A DNA stretch of 63,185 bases, the filler included. It is 6 parts of 6 records of this genome, joined end to end, with 100 filler letters (N's around TTAATTAATTAA, not from the genome) between each part and the next. Parts side by side here need not be neighbours in the genome. Positions count along the whole stretch, not along the records: positions 1 to 7,112 come from SRR20825019_1392; positions 7,213 to 26,649 come from SRR20825019_1402; 4 more parts are not named here. The stretch is one strand, 5' to 3'. The notes under the pieces were generated by a model that did no database searches, was not told the DNA's origin, and saw only the letters and a program-made list of their open reading frames with translations. The position numbers were made by a program, and so were the translations under genes. Of this stretch, positions 1-8,605 are shown one piece after another (position 1 is the first letter of the stretch; each line of letters begins with the position of its first letter).

Positions 1-153
1 GACATTCTCGCCCGGGTGGAACTTGGTGCCCCGCTGCCGGATGATGATGTTGCCCGGGATCACGGCTTCGCCACCGAATTTCTTGACGCCAAGACGGCGT
101 CCGGCGGAATCGCGACCGTTACGGGAACTACCGCCTGCCTTTTTATGGGCCAT
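1..153 (-). CDS. rpmA: 50S ribosomal protein L27 (3'-truncated by window edge)
   Basis: Manual translation from ATG at 153 gives [51 protein letters not shown]; directly downstream of rplU. Not in the ORF track. Confidence 0.97.
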   Translation of the reverse strand, partial: MAHKKAGGSSRNGRDSAGRRLGVKKFGGEAVIPGNIIIRQRGTKFHPGENV

Positions 154-156
154 GGA

Positions 157-570
157 TTACTCCTTCGTCTCGGCTTCGGCCGAAACCTCTGCCGGAGCTT
201 CGGCTTTCGCCGGAGCTTTCTTGGCAGCGGCCTTCTTCGGCGCGGCTTTCTTCTTACCGTCGGCCAGGATGTCGGTCACGCGCAGCACCGTCAGTTCCTG
301 ACGATGTCCGCGGGTCCGGCGATAGCCCTGACGGCGCTTCTTTTTAAAGACGACGACCTTGTCGCCTTTGGTCTGCTCAAGCACTTCGGCGCGTACAACA
401 GCACCTTCAACAGTCGGGGCACCAACTGTGAGGTCTTCGCCTTCACCCAGCATCAGAACGTCGGCAAGATCAACGGAAGAACCGGCGTCGCCGGAAAGCT
501 TCTCAACCTTGATAACGTCGTTCGGGGCGACTTTGTACTGTTTACCGCCGGTTTTAACGACTGCGAACAT
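157..570 (-). CDS. rplU: 50S ribosomal protein L21 with Ala/Lys/Pro-rich C-terminal tail
   Basis: [14 protein letters not shown]...[16 protein letters not shown]; start taken at ATG 570. Confidence 0.97.
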   Translation of the reverse strand: MFAVVKTGGKQYKVAPNDVIKVEKLSGDAGSSVDLADVLMLGEGEDLTVGAPTVEGAVVRAEVLEQTKGDKVVVFKKKRRQGYRRTRGHRQELTVLRVTDILADGKKKAAPKKAAAKKAPAKAEAPAEVSAEAETKE

Positions 571-884
571 TGTCAATACTCTGGCAATGAAAAGGGCGCG
601 CGGACACTTACTTCCGCGTCAGAGCGGCGGACTATACTCCTGACGAACTTCAAGTCAACAGCGGATTGCCCGGTTTTTGAGAGAATCTGCGGGGCAGGCC
701 CGCTACCCCCGGATGTCCGCTCCGTCACCGAATGGGCCCCCTATATATAGTGTCTGGCGCCGGCAGGTGCAAAGGCAGGGAAAACCGAACCTGAATTGCC
801 CGGTTGCCCATTGCGTTTCCATCATGATTTTGACGGGTGCTATACTGCCGGATAGGATCAGACCGGGTGACGGGGATCGGTGCC

Positions 885-1295
885 ATGACGCACGCAAGAC
901 CGCCTTTCGAAAACCCGGCCGTTGCGGCCGCATATGAGTCCTTCCCTGCGCCGCAGCGGGAGGGCCTGCTTACAGTGCGCAGGCTGATCTTCGAGACGGC
1001 GGCGGAGACGCCAGGGGTCGGCACGCTTGAAGAAACCCTGAAATGGGGCCAGCCCGCCTATCTGACGCCAAAAACCAGATCAGGCTCGACCATCCGCCTC
1101 GGCCTGCCGAAACAGGGCGGCTTCGCCCTCTATACCCATTGCCAGACAACACTCATCCCGGACTTCCGGAGCCTCTTCCCGGATGACTTCGACTATGAAG
1201 GCAATCGCGCGGTGCATTTCAAAGATGCGAGATCCCTGCCGCTCGACCCGCTACGGCTGCTCGTCCGCAACGCCCTGACCTATCATTTGAAATAG
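885..1295 (+). CDS. DUF1801 (YdhG-like) domain protein
   Basis: Motifs LEETLKWGQPAY, HCQTTLI, EGNRA, ALTYHL; start taken at ATG 885. Confidence 0.8.
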   Translation: MTHARPPFENPAVAAAYESFPAPQREGLLTVRRLIFETAAETPGVGTLEETLKWGQPAYLTPKTRSGSTIRLGLPKQGGFALYTHCQTTLIPDFRSLFPDDFDYEGNRAVHFKDARSLPLDPLRLLVRNALTYHLK

Positions 1296-1414
1296 AGGGG
1301 GTGAAATAGCCGGGTGAGATAGGGGGCACGGGCCAGTGTGAAAGCCGGAATGCCAGGCATGCAATTCCGGTATTGAATCCCGCCACCCGCCCCGCTATGT
1401 TCCGGCCCCTGTTC

Positions 1415-1504
1415 GGAGAGGTGCCGGAGTGGTTGAACGGGACGGTCTCGAAAACCGTTGAGCGCGCAAGCGTTCCGAGGGTTCGAATCCCTCTCTCTCC
1501 GCCA
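1415..1504 (+). tRNA. tRNA-Ser(CGA)
   Basis: GGAGAGG acceptor stem, anticodon arm ACGGT-CTCGAAA-ACCGT, long variable arm, T-loop GTTCGAATC and encoded CCA; 90 nt. Confidence 0.96.
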
Positions 1505-1717
1505 GACCTTTTTTCTCTTTAAAATCAATTAGATAATATGGCGCCTGTGGCCGGCATTGTAACGGCTATGTGGTCATAAATCTGGACGTTTGGGGCCGAG
1601 CCTTCCCGGTCCGCATCTTCGTCTGATCAAAGATTCCCCTCAAATTACCAGAAAGAGGGGTGATGCCAGCCCATATGAACAGGGCTGGCGACCCCAATTG
1701 GTAACACTATAATGAGG

Positions 1718-2566
1718 CTAAATTGCATCAGCGAAGTTTGGCATATACTCCTTCATCCAGAGCCGCTTCATGTCGAGAGGATCAACACCTAAAGCTGTTG
1801 CGTATGCGGCAACTCGATCATGTGGCAGTCGGCTCTTTCGACCTTCGATCATAGAGACGAAATTCGGGTTATCGAAACCGACCTCTAGAGCGAGGGCTGT
1901 TTGCGTTATACCTTTCGCCTTCCGAGCTTGAACTATTGTGCCGACAAAATCGCCTTGCGGGTGCTGTTGAGGTTCCGGTGCGTGAGAGACCGCGTCGTCT
2001 AGAGAATCCCAGTTGTTCTGCGCGCTGCGCAGGATTTCCGGCTGTTTTCGGACGCTTCGTTTGGACCCTGGGCGAACAAGCTGTAGACGCGCACGAACTC
2101 TCCCATAGGTTCCAGACATTGCCAGTTCCCGGATTGACTCGGTTGGTGCAAGCCAAATCGCTAGTTTGCCGGTCTTGGCGAATTCCGGGGTATGCTCATA
2201 CTGGCCAACCCGCCCCTCAATAAGGCCCGCAAAGTCAATCAGCATCCACTGGTCAGACGCTTCGAGTGCCGGGCCTCCAGCGTTAAAATCAACAATCTCT
2301 TTCCACCGACACCCGGAAACGTGAACGCGCACGCCCTTAACGTCGAATGTCCATCCGCCCCCTGCCTTAGATCCATGGTCTGGATTTAGGGTGACGCTCT
2401 CTTCGCCGTAGCGGTTGCTCAGCAGCTCATGTGCTGACAGGACCGTTGCCTGACGGAAATCGACAGCCGTCGACCCCACCTTTTTCTTACCCTTGCTTTC
2501 GCCTTGGATAACACGCCGGTCGAAATCACTTTGAAGCCACTGAACTAGTTCGTCATTTATTATCAT
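1718..2566 (-). CDS. Protein with C-terminal XRE/Cro-C1 HTH and an unrecognised N-terminal domain
   Basis: C-terminal IVQARKAKGITQTALALEVGFDNPNFVSMIEGRKSRLP is a typical XRE HTH. Confidence 0.75.
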   Translation of the reverse strand: MIINDELVQWLQSDFDRRVIQGESKGKKKVGSTAVDFRQATVLSAHELLSNRYGEESVTLNPDHGSKAGGGWTFDVKGVRVHVSGCRWKEIVDFNAGGPALEASDQWMLIDFAGLIEGRVGQYEHTPEFAKTGKLAIWLAPTESIRELAMSGTYGRVRARLQLVRPGSKRSVRKQPEILRSAQNNWDSLDDAVSHAPEPQQHPQGDFVGTIVQARKAKGITQTALALEVGFDNPNFVSMIEGRKSRLPHDRVAAYATALGVDPLDMKRLWMKEYMPNFADAI

Positions 2567-2598
2567 ATCAACTCACTTGTGGCGGGTATTATTGAAAA

Positions 2599-2627
2599 CT
2601 TATAACCGATACAAATATAAATGTCAA
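2599..2627 (-). promoter_or_regulatory. sigma70-type promoter for the XRE gene
   Basis: Minus strand TTGACA-N17-TATAAG just upstream of ATG 2566; overlaps CGATAC direct repeats (candidate operator). Confidence 0.7.
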
Positions 2628-2772
2628 GCATGTAAGCGATACGTGATGTCGATGACAAATAGTCTGCCTCTACGAAATTTAAAATCGATTTATAATGTTG
2701 TTATGCGGCGCGAGTTGAAGGGTGATCGGAATGATTTTGAGAAAGCGTGGTTAGGAAGGCCGGTGGTTGTTC

Positions 2773-2858
2773 CCTCCTCCGCTACCAATTTCCCAAATGT
2801 CCCGGAAATCCTCAGGTTCGTGAACGCGGTAGCTTAGCGCCTCAACGACTTTGGTAAC
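2773..2858 (+). repeat. Diverged direct repeat copy 1 (tRNA-3'-end/att-like)
   Basis: CCTCCTCCGCTACCAATTTCCCA...AGGTTCGTGAACGCGGTAG...GTAAC; aligns by hand with 3831-3917. Confidence 0.75.
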
Positions 2859-3126
2859 AGGCATTCGTAGCAGCCATAAGGTGGCGTGCCGAGACTTGAG
2901 AGGAATTAGCGGGACGGAAAGCCGCAGCCATGCTTGATGCTTGGCGCGGTCGCCGGAATCAACGCGGTCGTCATGAATTTGATGGCAACCGTCACATGCC
3001 CGAGGCCGCGAAAGCTTGAATGACTTTTCCAAGCTGAGCTGCCGTGTGTTCTCTGTTTCGATGCAGGACGATGACCGTGCAATACTCTTGTGGGTATACG
3101 CTTGTTTCGAACGCCGGGGGCGCAAT

Positions 3127-3684
3127 TTGCTCGATCATATCATTCTGGAACTCCTCACATTCTTAAGAATATCTTCGTCACTGCAGGACGCGGACCATTC
3201 ATTGACCGTTATCGCGTCGATAGTCGTAATTTTCGGTGTTCTCAAATGGTATCGAGAACGTCCGCGCCTTGACTTTGAACCCCGTTGGCGAACGAACGAG
3301 GCAACCGGCCAAAAAGAATTGAAACTCGCATGCATCATGTGCGGTAGGCACGGTGCTCGCATTCGTTCCGTTCGCGTGGTTAGAGCGTCCTCGCTCGATT
3401 GTTGGCACCGCAATCGGTTCTGGAGGAAGGTCTTCAAAAATGCATATGAACGTCAATTGACGCGACTTAGTCGGGAGTTGGCATGGAAGGGTATTAATGA
3501 GGCCGCAGGCCACCATTTTGATCCTGGTGATGCCAAAATATTTGTCGAGCCGTTGACACCGAAACTCGAAGGGCTTGCTGAAGCCGGGCGCTTGGCGTTC
3601 AGGGTCGTGAGCACTGTGGGAACCTATTTCATCCCCGTTCCGAAGGCCGAATCTCCCCCTCTGCAACTCGGTCCGGACGAGTAG
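3127..3684 (+). CDS. Hypothetical protein with an N-terminal transmembrane helix (start uncertain; ORF open from 3016)
   Basis: Hydrophobic LTVIASIVVIFGVLKW followed by a beta-rich soluble region; TTG 3127 chosen as a plausible start. Confidence 0.55.
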   Translation: MLDHIILELLTFLRISSSLQDADHSLTVIASIVVIFGVLKWYRERPRLDFEPRWRTNEATGQKELKLACIMCGRHGARIRSVRVVRASSLDCWHRNRFWRKVFKNAYERQLTRLSRELAWKGINEAAGHHFDPGDAKIFVEPLTPKLEGLAEAGRLAFRVVSTVGTYFIPVPKAESPPLQLGPDE

Positions 3685-3830
3685 CGGTGCGTAGCGCATG
3701 CTGCGTTCATTGATTCTGGGAAGGGGGCGCAGAATCGCATCTGACCGGGAGGTATCAGCTCCTACCAGAAATATGGTTCGCCGTCCTGATCGGGTGAGGC
3801 CAAGAGTGGGTTGAGCTTGGTGTGGAGTCG

Positions 3831-3917
3831 CCTCCTTTCGCTACCATTTCCCAGAATTTGCCGCTAATCGTTAGGTTCTTGAAGGCGCTAGGGTTGCGGG
3901 TTTGCAGTTGCCGTAAC
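3831..3917 (+). repeat. Diverged direct repeat copy 2 (tRNA-3'-end/att-like)
   Basis: CCTCCTTTCGCTACCATTTCCCA...AGGTTCTTGAAGGCGCTAG...GTAAC; about 53 of 69 columns identical to copy 1 over the best block. Confidence 0.75.
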
Positions 3918-3937
3918 GCCTCCGCGCGTCTCAACAA

Positions 3938-4825
3938 TCACGCTGAGAAAATTGAATAGATCAAGTTGGTCGCCAATCCGACCACAATGCCCCAGAAAAC
4001 GGTCCTTTGGCCGGCCGAACTGTCTCGGTTGTCTTTAAGAGATACGATTGGCAAGAGCCATTTTAGGTAAGAAAATAAAGTCCTATAAAGTAGTAAAGAT
4101 GAAAAAATACCATATATATATAGAACAACTAAATAATCGTTTAGATGTGGATGTTTTTCTATTAAGATTTTAATGTATTTAGTAACAAAATATAGAAAAT
4201 ATGGTGCGCCGATGAATAATAGGCTAATATCATATGCGAATGGAATGTGAATAAAGGAGAAATTTGATTTGTTATTTTTTTTGTATGTCTGTGCAATGTT
4301 GATTGCAGAATGATAAAATGTTGAGTTTGTCGCGATAATTTCGATCTTACTGCCGTTCGGCGTCCGCGAAGAAACGGGATTCACAGAATCAAAAATTGGT
4401 GGTTTCTCGAAGTTTAGCCATATTTGTATTCTATTATCTGGTTCGAGTCCTTTAAAATTTGTCCGAAATGTTGTTACATTAGTGATAAATATTTTCTTTA
4501 TTGGAAAAGAAATATTTTGAGAGTCAAAGATATCTACGCTGTCACCATATACGGCCTGTCCGTCATTTCCAAATATTGTTACTGTGAGTAAAAAAGCTCT
4601 TTGTTGAGTATTAATGTATCGTTCTCTGAATTCCTCTTCCGTTTCACCTTCTGTCATATGAAGAAGAGGTAATACACGATCTCTTTCAATATTAGTTAAT
4701 GGCTGATAATTTTGGTAAAGTTGTTTTATTTTAATTAAATCGAAATTGCTACCTTCAAAAGAAATGGAATTATGATACATTTCTACATTAGTTGAAATTG
4801 ACTGAACTTCAGGGGCGCGAGCCAT
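3938..4825 (-). CDS. AT-rich hypothetical membrane protein (soluble N-domain plus ~3 C-terminal TM helices)
   Basis: 295-aa ORF, much more AT-rich than its flanks; three hydrophobic stretches in the last ~100 aa. Confidence 0.75.
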   Translation of the reverse strand: MARAPEVQSISTNVEMYHNSISFEGSNFDLIKIKQLYQNYQPLTNIERDRVLPLLHMTEGETEEEFRERYINTQQRAFLLTVTIFGNDGQAVYGDSVDIFDSQNISFPIKKIFITNVTTFRTNFKGLEPDNRIQIWLNFEKPPIFDSVNPVSSRTPNGSKIEIIATNSTFYHSAINIAQTYKKNNKSNFSFIHIPFAYDISLLFIGAPYFLYFVTKYIKILIEKHPHLNDYLVVLYIYGIFSSLLLYRTLFSYLKWLLPIVSLKDNRDSSAGQRTVFWGIVVGLATNLIYSIFSA

Positions 4826-4967
4826 CGTAAGGCCTCAATTTTTCTGAGTTGAAGTTTGCGGTTGTGAGCGTGGCCGCATGACTAGGCAGCGTATTGCGGT
4901 TGATTGCACACATAACATTAACCAGCGGGTGTGGGGAGCAGAGATGGTGTCTGTCTCTCACATCAGT

Positions 4968-5513
4968 TCAAGTTGTTGATAGAGTGCGATAGACGCTTGC
5001 ACGGCTAATTTTGAGCCGAGAGGCGATTGCTGTAGCGCCGATTCCTTCATTGGCTAGAGAGCGAACCATTTCCGGGTCGATTTGTGGTTTTCTGCCTTTG
5101 TAGACTCCTTTTTCTTTGGCTTTGGCGATGCCCTCGGCTTGACGCTCTTTGCGAAGATTAGTTTCGAACTCAGCAAAAACGCCGAGCATATCGAGGAAGG
5201 CTTTCCCGGCAGCGGTTGTGGTGTCCACCGGCTGTTCGGTGCAGGTGAGGGCCGCACCTTTTGCTCGGATTGTGGACACAATGCTTTGTAGATCAGCGAT
5301 AGAGCGCGCTAGGCGGTCGATGCGTGTTACGACGAGCGTGTCCCCATCCCTAAGAAAATCAAGCACTGTGGCGAGCTCTGAGCGGCCTTGAGTGGTTGTT
5401 CCGGATGCTTTCTCCTCCCGCACGACTTCGCATCCGGCAGTGCGGAGCGCTTCAACCTGAAGTGACGTGTCTTGGTCGGTGGTGCTGACGCGGGCGTATC
5501 CGATTTTGGTCAT
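4968..5513 (-). CDS. Serine recombinase (resolvase/invertase family) with C-terminal HTH
   Basis: GYARVSTTDQ catalytic Ser motif, VVTRIDRLARS, FAEFE, GRKP, and HTH IASRLKISRASVYR. Confidence 0.95.
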   Translation of the reverse strand: MTKIGYARVSTTDQDTSLQVEALRTAGCEVVREEKASGTTTQGRSELATVLDFLRDGDTLVVTRIDRLARSIADLQSIVSTIRAKGAALTCTEQPVDTTTAAGKAFLDMLGVFAEFETNLRKERQAEGIAKAKEKGVYKGRKPQIDPEMVRSLANEGIGATAIASRLKISRASVYRTLSTT

Positions 5514-5527
5514 GGCGCAGGCCTCTT

Positions 5528-5647
5528 TGTGTCTCGTTTGACTCTAGACCCTATCTTTGTATTGTCTCATAAATAAATAATCAACCCTAATAATACGATT
5601 GTGGTGTCTCGTGTGATTGAGTCGCTTGGGTATACCTAAATGAGACT
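5528..5647. promoter_or_regulatory. Putative res site / resolvase operator
   Basis: TGTCTC at 5530, 5563 and 5605 and inverted TGAGAC at 5641, in AT-rich DNA immediately upstream of the resolvase. Confidence 0.6.
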
Positions 5648-5958
5648 AATTCAGCGCCTTAACGCAAATGGGCAAAGGGCAGAAAGCTTGGTCGCTCAAA
5701 CTGCTGGGTTGCCGAAAAAACGGCAGCGGTAAAATGCCCGGGAAATTTCGAACACCGCTTAACTTCCATAAACCAGCTTGAATTTGCCTGAATCGCGAAA
5801 GGAGCCAGGTGCTGCGCGATGTGAGCCGAGAGTGAGCAAAGTGCAAGGATGCGACGGTCGTTTGAGCGCACGACGAGGCGGACCGGAAGTTGGTCTCTAT
5901 TTGTTATCGTGAAGTCACACGAGATCGGAGCCGTAGTAGCGGAAGTGGCAGGTCAAGC

Positions 5959-6780
5959 TTATCCGGCCAGTTTGAGCTCGTCCGATGTTTCTCCGTGGTC
6001 GCTGGCGTCTAAGCGGTTGCCGTGCGTTCGATTTGCATCCGCAACGACATCATCCCAGTAATTGTGGGCGATATTGGTCATATGGTGGTTCATGGATATG
6101 GGGGGGCAGCCGATAGTTTTTTCTGTCTTGATGACTGACTTGAGGCAATAGCGACCCCATCCCAGCGCACCGAATGAACCCTGGAAGCATTTAGCGTCGT
6201 CATGCTTGGCAATCCGGACAGCGAAACGACCGGCAACCATTTTGGGGTCACTCGCAAACGGGCCTGAGACCCTACGGAACGCAGCTTTGATAACGGAGAG
6301 GTCTTCATCGGTCTGGGTGATGATGCAGCCGTGAAGGTGAAGAACATTCGACTTGCTGATCTCCAAAGCGAACCAAGCGGGGAAGATGTGACCATCTTTA
6401 GTTAGATGTCGGTTGAGGCGGTGGGCTACGTATCCAACGGCCCCCTTTGGAGACTTGTAGGCCTTAGACGCAATATCGTGGTCGAGATTGATGGTGAACG
6501 GCTTTGCGCGGCTAGCTTTGGCTATCGCGGATTGAGCTAAGAGGGCTTTCTCCTGGCCGGTGAGATTCCGCCATTTTTTGGAGGTGTCATTGGATACTGT
6601 AAGGGTAGAAGGGTGAGGTCCCGTTGAAAAGTGGCAAAGCCGCTGAAATCCACGAGCTTCCGGGTTGTATGAGATTGTGGCTTGGTTGCGGCTGCGGGAA
6701 AATTTGTCGGTTGTTGTCGTCGAAATTGTCGAAGAGCGGGCGCTCCGGTCCTGGCCGATAGTTGTTTTGCGATTAGACAT
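5959..6780 (-). CDS. HUH-superfamily endonuclease, rolling-circle Rep-like
   Basis: Motif I FTINL, motif II WFALE...LHLHGCI and motif III YCLK, in Rep order. Confidence 0.7.
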   Translation of the reverse strand: MSNRKTTIGQDRSARSSTISTTTTDKFSRSRNQATISYNPEARGFQRLCHFSTGPHPSTLTVSNDTSKKWRNLTGQEKALLAQSAIAKASRAKPFTINLDHDIASKAYKSPKGAVGYVAHRLNRHLTKDGHIFPAWFALEISKSNVLHLHGCIITQTDEDLSVIKAAFRRVSGPFASDPKMVAGRFAVRIAKHDDAKCFQGSFGALGWGRYCLKSVIKTEKTIGCPPISMNHHMTNIAHNYWDDVVADANRTHGNRLDASDHGETSDELKLAG

Positions 6781-7112
6781 TAAACCTCTCAGTCAGACGC
6801 TCTCGGTGCATGGCGCTGGGCTGTCGGAGGGGGCGGTGTCGAACCCTCTAGAAATGTCTATAGCGATTTATCAGAGGTATGCAGACGAATTGGGAAACTT
6901 TCTCAAAAGTGCCGAAGCTGAGGTGGTTCGATTATTCGGAGCGCTCGTGGTCTAGGCTCTGATGTCTCGCCCGAGGTAAATTCGCCTGGGCCGGTTTGAC
7001 GAATGCCGTTCGTCATTTCAGGCTGCGGCAACAAACTCCCATTATTCCTCTTTAAGAGCCTTCTCATCTTCCGGCGAGAAAGTGTCTGTTAGGCCCGGAT
7101 CGGGCTCTTTCA

Positions 7113-7212
7113 NNNNNNNNNNNNNNNNNNNNNNNNNNNNNNNNNNNNNNNNNNNNTTAATTAATTAANNNNNNNNNNNNNNNNNNNNNNNNNNNNNNNN
7201 NNNNNNNNNNNN
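7113..7212. other. Artificial contig linker
   Basis: N44-TTAATTAATTAA-N44. Confidence 0.99.
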
Positions 7213-7235
7213 GGGGGGGGGGGGGGGGCAAGGAG

Positions 7236-8384
7236 TTATCCGTTAGCTTCCCGCTTGCTGTAGAGGGGCTCCAGAACCGGCTTGAGCCCTTTTGCATCAT
7301 CTATAAACAGTTGCAAATGAGGGAAAGGAATCTCAATGCCGGCGGCATCCAGCGCCTCTTTCATCTGTTCCAGAACATCAGCCATGATTCTGGGCTGCAC
7401 ATCCAGATTATCGGGAGTAATCCACACCTTGGCTTCAAGGTTCACTGAAGAATCGCCCAGGCTTTTAAGCAGAACACGGGGCTCCATACCAGCACCCTGT
7501 AAAACTTCAGGGTGCGTCAGCAGAACCGGCATCAGCACATCCCTCGCGGCCTTCGCGGATTCTTTGTAAGCAATGCCCACCGGGATATTCAGGCGGGTGA
7601 CCCCTTCTGCGCTGTAATTGATGATGTCGGATGACGCCACACTGTCGTTTGGAATCATCGCGAAGATATTATCCCGGGTGCGCAGCCAGGTGGTGCGCAA
7701 GGCAATCTTGACCACTTTGCCGTCTTGCCCGTTGATGGTCACCCAATCACCAATGCGGAACGGCCTCTCAATCAGCAGGGTGATACCGGCAATGAAATTG
7801 GAGAGGGTTGATTGCGCCGCAAAGCCAACGGCGATACCGACGATCCCCAACCCCGCCACAATCGAAACCACATCGAAACCGAACTGGGCGAGCACCGTCA
7901 CCACAGCCAGCGCTGAGACGACCACCGAAAACAGGTTCTCGACCAGCTGGCGGATCGAAGGATCCATTTTGTAGCGCACCATGCTGTCCTTGATCAGGCG
8001 CGCCAGAACCAGCCAGGCCACATAGAAACCGAGGGCCATAAAGCCCGCCCTCGCCATCGCCTTGAGAACCTCAGGAGACGTCCCGAACTGTGCAAGAATG
8101 AAGACCAGCGCCCCTAACCCGGCCAGATAGCGCAGAGTGCTTCGCACCTGGAGGAACAGAGGTGTTTTGGCCCGCTGCTTACCCAAGACCAGCCGGATCG
8201 CACCGGTCACCACCAGATAGATCCCGAAAAACACCCCAAGATAGATTACAGAGACCAACAACTGGCCAAGCATCTGTACGACAAGCGCGCCCCAGTCCAA
8301 ATCCTCACCTGATACGGCCAGGAAGGCATCGCCAATATTTCGCTGGAGCTGTTCAACCAGCTCGGTACCAAAGGATTCAGCCAT
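7236..8384 (-). CDS. Small-conductance mechanosensitive channel (MscS family)
   Basis: GIAVGFAAQSTLSNFIAG, PFRIGDWV, IPN, GIEIPFP. Confidence 0.93.
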   Translation of the reverse strand: MAESFGTELVEQLQRNIGDAFLAVSGEDLDWGALVVQMLGQLLVSVIYLGVFFGIYLVVTGAIRLVLGKQRAKTPLFLQVRSTLRYLAGLGALVFILAQFGTSPEVLKAMARAGFMALGFYVAWLVLARLIKDSMVRYKMDPSIRQLVENLFSVVVSALAVVTVLAQFGFDVVSIVAGLGIVGIAVGFAAQSTLSNFIAGITLLIERPFRIGDWVTINGQDGKVVKIALRTTWLRTRDNIFAMIPNDSVASSDIINYSAEGVTRLNIPVGIAYKESAKAARDVLMPVLLTHPEVLQGAGMEPRVLLKSLGDSSVNLEAKVWITPDNLDVQPRIMADVLEQMKEALDAAGIEIPFPHLQLFIDDAKGLKPVLEPLYSKREANG

Positions 8385-8605
8385 CAGGTGTCTGCTCTTC
8401 TTTTGTTGTGGGGGTGGGCGTCACTTTATCGGATCTCTTGCTCATAATGATATGTAGGTTAACGTCAGCCTGTTTACCAATCATCAGCCATTGATCCTAT
8501 CCGAAATGGTGGACCAACAGGTTCCTGGCTTCAGCCAACCGGTGGGCACGGATGTTTTCGACAGTCCAGGTTGACACAGTCCGAGGTTGGCTCAAGGATG
8601 GTTGT

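Larger units (their letters stand above)
1505..7112. mobile_element. tRNA-Ser-anchored genomic island / integrative element (far end missing, no integrase seen)
   Basis: Abrupt shift after the tRNA CCA to AT-rich and orphan content; carries an HUH Rep-like gene, a serine resolvase, an XRE regulator and att-like repeats. Confidence 0.8.

Noticed and set aside
1636-1689. Two hairpins (CCCCTC/GAGGGG and GCCAGCCC/GGGCTGGC) as a possible ncRNA
   Set aside because: Their position just downstream of the XRE gene is adequately explained by termination or mRNA stabilisation; no other support.
6822-6848. Minus-strand GAGGGTTCGACACCGCCCCCTCCGACA resembling the tRNA-Ser 3' end as a second att site
   Set aside because: Inverted relative to the tRNA and only 10 nt exact; att duplications are direct repeats. 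May just be a hairpin in the rep leader.
7213-7229. Poly-G/poly-C runs at contig ends (also 37743 and 55145)
   Set aside because: Typical sequencing or assembly break artefacts; not treated as telomeres or G-quadruplex elements.
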